DNA from: Methanobacteriota archaeon
GTDB lineage: Archaea > Thermoplasmatota > Poseidoniia > Poseidoniales > Thalassarchaeaceae
Assembly: GCA_004195715.1 (NCBI GenBank)
Contig: PSPX01000006.1
Location: forward strand, 9,524 to 73,523
DNA length: 64,000 bases
Direction: 5' to 3'
Shown: one piece after another, positions 59,856 through 64,000 of the stretch
Layout: each line of letters begins with the position of its first letter
Position numbering within the stretch: the stretch's first letter is position 1
The notes under the pieces: model-generated
What the model was told of the DNA's origin: nothing
What the model saw: the letters and a program-made list of their open reading frames with translations, nothing else
Database searches by the model: none
Program-made: the position numbers and the translations under genes

Positions 59856-60293
59856 CTAGAGCCAGTACCAACTTTCGGAGTCGGCCATGAATAGGATACC
59901 TTCCATCTCAGCCTGCCCAATGATCTGCTCTGCGGACGGTTTGGTGTAGCCCTCTTTTTCCAATTCTGAGGAGAGCGTTTGGATAGTCAGCCTGCCGTCG
60001 CTTCCGGTTGACTGGCGCATAATCCTGCGTATAGCCTCCGAGCCTCCTCTGGTCTTCTCTCCCAGAGAGGCCCTCCGGCTCTGCTCAGCGGCGATTCGGG
60101 ACTCTACCTCCTGACTAATCTGTGAAGGAAGATTAGATGCGGCTACCGCCTCGGCGAGGGCCTCAGGAGACTGGAACTCCCTCTGCGTCTTGCCCTTTGA
60201 GGAGCCGCATCGGGGGCATGATGAGAACGAAGCTTTCCTAGAACCGAACGAGTTGCCGCAGATGCACTTGACTAGTATCCAGATTTCATCCAC
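59856..60293 (-). CDS. Zn-ribbon protein with a C-terminal winged-helix-like region
   Basis: CICG...CPRCG followed by a helical domain. Confidence 0.7.
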   Translation of the reverse strand: MDEIWILVKCICGNSFGSRKASFSSCPRCGSSKGKTQREFQSPEALAEAVAASNLPSQISQEVESRIAAEQSRRASLGEKTRGGSEAIRRIMRQSTGSDGRLTIQTLSSELEKEGYTKPSAEQIIGQAEMEGILFMADSESWYWL

Positions 60294-60377
60294 ACTAGAA
60301 CCACAATATCGCGGTACAATAGTTTGTCCCGAACATTACTGTGCCGGTTTGATGTATCTCGGGCCCGTGCGGGGTGC

Positions 60378-60656
60378 ATGGTTGGGCCCAGAGTGGTTGT
60401 CGGTTGGGTGCTCGCCGTGCTTCTAGTAGGGATGTCTGCGAATAGTTTCGTTGCTGAGGGTGCGCTCACCGCCGAGGCATGGGGATTTCTCCTGCTGACT
60501 CCACTGGCTCTGGTGATGGCGCTCAGTCCTACGGTACCTTGGGAGAGTACTGATTCAGAGGGAGCTGAAGAGTGGCCGGATGACGAGGGTTCCGATGAGG
60601 GAGAGAAGGACGTCCCTGATCCAATCGAATCCGGCTTCGACATACCGGTCCTGTAA
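60378..60656 (+). CDS. Small two-TM membrane protein with an acidic tail
   Basis: Two hydrophobic segments, then PDPIESGFDIPVL. Confidence 0.6.
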   Translation: MVGPRVVVGWVLAVLLVGMSANSFVAEGALTAEAWGFLLLTPLALVMALSPTVPWESTDSEGAEEWPDDEGSDEGEKDVPDPIESGFDIPVL

Positions 60657-62573
60657 TCACGTGAGTCTGAGCGTCTCCAAATTAGCAGGAGCGTAGGTCT
60701 GCACCCTGAAGCGCTCCCTCAGACCCTGTCGGAAGGCGTTGCAGGTCTGAGGATCCCCGTGATGGCAGATAATCTTGCGAGGGGTCGGATTCAGAGCCGA
60801 GACGTAATCGAATAGTTGGTTCCTGTCCGAATGGCCACTGAAGCCGTCTATGGTCACCATATTGCACCTGATATCGATCATCAGAGTCTGCCCCTTGTCC
60901 ATTAGGGGAACTTGGGCATGACCTTGCTGCAGACGCCTGCCCAACGTTCCCGAAGCCTGGTAGCCAACGAAGCACAGGGTATAGTTGGGCTCAGGTGCCC
61001 AGTGCTTGAAGTACTCAACAATAGGACCTCCGGTCATCATCCCACTGGTAGCGAGGACGATACAGGGGCTGGGATCGAGTAGAATCGTATCCCTCTGTTC
61101 GCGCGAGTCGACCTGCTTGAACCATGATGAGTTGAAGGGGTTCTCGGAACCTCCCTTAAGCATCTGACGACGGAGGTCCCTATTGAGGAAGTTCGGATGA
61201 CTGGAGTGAATCGCTGTGGCCTCGGATATCATTCCGTCGAGCCAAACGGTAACAGGCTTGACGTTGCCCGATTTGAATAACTGGTCTATTGCTATCATGA
61301 CCTCTTGAGATCGGCCGACTGCGAACACAGGACAGAATATCTTGCCACCCCTCCCAAGTGCGTCGATGATGAGGTCCTGCAACTCTTGGCTGGCCTGCTG
61401 CCTTGTGGGCTGGATGTCCTGAGGTCCGCCGTAAGTCGATTCTATTACTAGTGTCTCAACCTTGGGGAACCTGACTGTTGCTGCATCGAAGAGCCATGAC
61501 TTCTCGTACTTGATGTCGCCTGAGAACAGCAACTTGTGTTCGCCCCTGCCTTCTCCGATTTGCATGTAGACGCTGGATGAGCCGAGAATGTGCCCGGCGT
61601 TCTCCATTGTCATCTTTATGTCCGGAGATATATCCGTCTTGTCGCCCCAGTTGACATCGACAACGTGCTTGATGCATTCCTGTATGTCGGCTTTCGAGTA
61701 TGGCGGTTCGTTACCCTCCGCTCGAGCCACCTTGATGTAGTCAATCTGGAGTAGTGTCATGAGGTCACGAGTCGGTGGCGTGCAGTAGACAGGCCCCCTG
61801 TAGCCGTACTTGAACAAAACTGGGAGCATGCCAATGTGATCTATGTGCGCGTGAGTAATCACAATCGCGTCCAAATTGTCCAGTGGGAGCAACTCAGGAG
61901 CGGTGAAGAAGGGCTCTACCTCGCTGCGTTTGGTGGTTGGCTTCGCCCCGCAATCTACGAGTACCTTAGACTCGTTGGTAGTGACTAGGTGCATCGCCCT
62001 ACCAACCTCTCTGTAAGAGCCCAGTGCAGTGACCCTGACCCAGGGCTCACCGGGCCTTGGGTGACGGTAGATGCGGGTGCCGAACTTCCTTAGCAGTGAT
62101 TTCCTGTCATCTGCCATCTCCTTGCGGTATCGTCGAATGTCATGCTGGGTTCGACTTCCTATGGCAGGCGCCCTGACCACGTCAACTAGCCAACCAATCT
62201 CATCACGCAGAGCCCTGATGTTCGAACCCTTTGGGCCAACGGCTACGGAAGGATCGTCGCATTCGAGGATAACTTGACTGAGAGCGGGGTCGAGCCAAGT
62301 CTTGCGAACATCGGCACCGGGAGGAATCAGTCGCGCGACCGCGTCATGAACTGCATTTTCGTCGACCATTATATCGGCATGGGGTCTGATGACTACGCGG
62401 CGCTTGATGGTCTTCGCTATTCTGACCGTGAGGTTATCACCAGAGCCGCTGAATGCCCCTGGCTGCTTGGTCACTATCGAAATCGAGCCAGCCTCTAAGT
62501 CGACCTCGTAGTCGACATCCTTGGGTATTAACTTCGAAATTTTCTTCTTCAATTCACTCAACGTAAAGCGCAT
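60657..62573 (-). CDS. Beta-CASP ribonuclease aCPSF1 / termination factor FttA
   Basis: N-terminal KH domains, THAHIDH, AGHILGS, ESTYG, GFSGHSD; downstream of psmB as in many archaea. Confidence 0.94.
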   Translation of the reverse strand: MRFTLSELKKKISKLIPKDVDYEVDLEAGSISIVTKQPGAFSGSGDNLTVRIAKTIKRRVVIRPHADIMVDENAVHDAVARLIPPGADVRKTWLDPALSQVILECDDPSVAVGPKGSNIRALRDEIGWLVDVVRAPAIGSRTQHDIRRYRKEMADDRKSLLRKFGTRIYRHPRPGEPWVRVTALGSYREVGRAMHLVTTNESKVLVDCGAKPTTKRSEVEPFFTAPELLPLDNLDAIVITHAHIDHIGMLPVLFKYGYRGPVYCTPPTRDLMTLLQIDYIKVARAEGNEPPYSKADIQECIKHVVDVNWGDKTDISPDIKMTMENAGHILGSSSVYMQIGEGRGEHKLLFSGDIKYEKSWLFDAATVRFPKVETLVIESTYGGPQDIQPTRQQASQELQDLIIDALGRGGKIFCPVFAVGRSQEVMIAIDQLFKSGNVKPVTVWLDGMISEATAIHSSHPNFLNRDLRRQMLKGGSENPFNSSWFKQVDSREQRDTILLDPSPCIVLATSGMMTGGPIVEYFKHWAPEPNYTLCFVGYQASGTLGRRLQQGHAQVPLMDKGQTLMIDIRCNMVTIDGFSGHSDRNQLFDYVSALNPTPRKIICHHGDPQTCNAFRQGLRERFRVQTYAPANLETLRLT

Positions 62574-62652
62574 TCGTTCACATCCTTGCTATGCTCGCGG
62601 CAGTACTTGTCACCCACCAGAATGGGAGGTTGGCACTTGGCCGGGAGGGGAT

Positions 62653-63279
62653 TCAGATTCCAGACAGGAGGTTTGATACCTCGTCTTCAGAGAGTTGGTT
62701 GAAGCCTACGCCGGGGGTGATGACGACAAGATCCATTCCGTTGCCGCTGGCGGCGTCGCGCTGAGCGGAGGCGAGCAGGGCCTTGGCGGCGACACGCAAG
62801 GCCTCGTCCACGGACATCCCCTCTGTGAACTGATCCTCGAGCACTCCATACATGTAGGGGCTGCCAGAACCGGTAGCACAGTAGACGTCAGGAATCGAAC
62901 CGCCGGCCGAATCTATACTATAGACACTAGAACCGGAATCATCCACGCCTACGATTAGAAGTTGGACGTAATGCGGTCGGCCAACTAGGATGTTGGCAGT
63001 TAGTGTAGCGGCGCCCTTCACGGTCATTGGAGTACCGTGCTTGAGTTCGTAAAGACGCAATTCGGCCGTGAGAGTACGAGATAGCGACTGAGCGTGGCCC
63101 ACTAGTCCTGCAGTGGTCAGAGCCACTGAGTCTGAAATCTTGAATACCTTCTGCACGTTCTTATTGGCAATGAAGTGCCCCATAGTGGCCCTGTGATCGG
63201 CCCCGACCACTACTCCACCGTCAAAAGTAATCCCGATGGTACTGGTTCCGGTCTTGACGACATCCATGGAATCGTTCAT
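62653..63279 (-). CDS. psmB: 20S proteasome beta subunit
   Basis: Propeptide then KTG/TSTIG, ATGSGSPYMYGVLE, RDAASG. Confidence 0.95.
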   Translation of the reverse strand: MNDSMDVVKTGTSTIGITFDGGVVVGADHRATMGHFIANKNVQKVFKISDSVALTTAGLVGHAQSLSRTLTAELRLYELKHGTPMTVKGAATLTANILVGRPHYVQLLIVGVDDSGSSVYSIDSAGGSIPDVYCATGSGSPYMYGVLEDQFTEGMSVDEALRVAAKALLASAQRDAASGNGMDLVVITPGVGFNQLSEDEVSNLLSGI

Positions 63280-63442
63280 TGAGTCACCTGCTGCAGGGAA
63301 GTCCCCAGCGAACCCGACTCGATTCGGGCCCCTTATGAATGCGACGGGAGAGGAGACTGGAAAATCGTGGAATGGATGTAAACGTGATTTACGCGCTGTG
63401 CCCTACCGCAGAAGTCAAGGCGACGCGTAGAAGCGGGTAGTC

Positions 63443-63856
63443 GTGGCTAAGGGTGAGGCAAGTGGGCCGCGCTGGATAGAGATGCCTAGCATCTCGGATG
63501 ATGCGGGCATGGCTATGGAGCCCGGTGAGAACTACCACGACCTTGCAGACAGGTATCCTGACGCCCCCGTATCCAGAGGAACTGGGGACGCCATCGTCCA
63601 TCGGGCAGTACTCGACGATATCACCGGTGTGCCCATGGTGATGGACTGGGTATCAGATGGAGACCTAGTAATCGTGGAGATGAGCAGGATGCTGAGCCGG
63701 GAGCTTGAGCTGCAAACAGCAGTAGAGAGGCTCAGGGGCTTCGTAGAGGATGACCTATGCGGCGAGGTAGTCAGACTAGGGGATTCGCGACTTTTGCTGC
63801 TACCCTCTGAATTCGAGAGCACTCGGAAGTCCGAGGGTACATCGATGTACTTCTGA
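63443..63856 (+). CDS. sepF: Archaeal SepF-family cell division protein
   Basis: GDLVIVEM...ELQTAVERL...GEVVRLGDSRLLLLP; upstream of ZPR1, a known archaeal synteny. Confidence 0.75.
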   Translation: MAKGEASGPRWIEMPSISDDAGMAMEPGENYHDLADRYPDAPVSRGTGDAIVHRAVLDDITGVPMVMDWVSDGDLVIVEMSRMLSRELELQTAVERLRGFVEDDLCGEVVRLGDSRLLLLPSEFESTRKSEGTSMYF

Positions 63857-63865
63857 GGTGATTCC

Positions 63866-64000
63866 ATCGAGAGCCGTATCGAGCAGCCATGCCCGGTTTG
63901 CGATTCCGGCAAAGAATTGACAATGATAGCGCACACTTCCGAGATACCATACTTCGGAGAACACACCCAGTTGACCATACTTTGTGACTCATGCGGTTGG
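63866..64000 (+). CDS. ZPR1 zinc-finger protein, 5' part (absent from the ORF track; apparent ATC start)
   Basis: Manual translation IESRIEQPCPVCDSGKELTMIAHTSEIPYFGEHTQLTILCDSCGW; CPxC, IPYFG and CxxCG are ZPR1 motifs. Confidence 0.88.
   Translation, partial: MESRIEQPCPVCDSGKELTMIAHTSEIPYFGEHTQLTILCDSCGW

Noticed and set aside
63854..63856. Selenocysteine recoding of the sepF TGA
   Set aside because: The TGA is not at a Cys-equivalent position, sepF and ZPR1 are normally separate genes, and the TGA forms part of an SD.
1..64000. CRISPR arrays, IS elements and the many 60-200 aa antisense ORFs
   Set aside because: No regularly spaced repeats or transposase motifs were seen; the antisense ORFs shadow well-supported genes and lack motifs.

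Overview
A gene-dense 64 kb stretch of core chromosome from an archaeon, most consistent with Marine Group II Euryarchaeota (Poseidoniales, Thermoplasmatota). The assignment is inferred from archaeal informational genes (PAN, PsmB, aCPSF1, EndA, Kae1, Tsr3, MBF1, S19e/L39e/L31e/S17e, archaeal SRP RNA) mixed with bacterial-type metabolic genes (hut pathway, PntAB, FolE IA, TopA, MqnC, Mn-SOD). It contains about 60 CDS, tRNA-Val(GAC), tRNA-Pro(TGG) and the SRP RNA. I found no transposase, integrase, prophage or CRISPR array. Four genes missing from the ORF track are recoverable by hand: tsr3, rpl39e, a 55-aa membrane protein and ZPR1. The most notable observations are: (1) a 28-bp Xer/dif-like site in an AT-rich 460-bp gap, matching a low-GC trough that suggests the replication terminus; (2) apparent CTG and ATC start codons behind a fixed GGTGA-N4 Shine-Dalgarno geometry; (3) a TatC-like protein fused to an HdrA-like Cys domain, between a CxCH Reeler-like protein and an M6 protease; (4) an RHH-led preQ0 operon with a Cys-less QueC and an embedded msrB; (5) a pyrD broken exactly at its FMN-binding motif; (6) a TopA with three helical repeats in place of zinc ribbons. 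All calls come from manual motif recognition; no database search was run.
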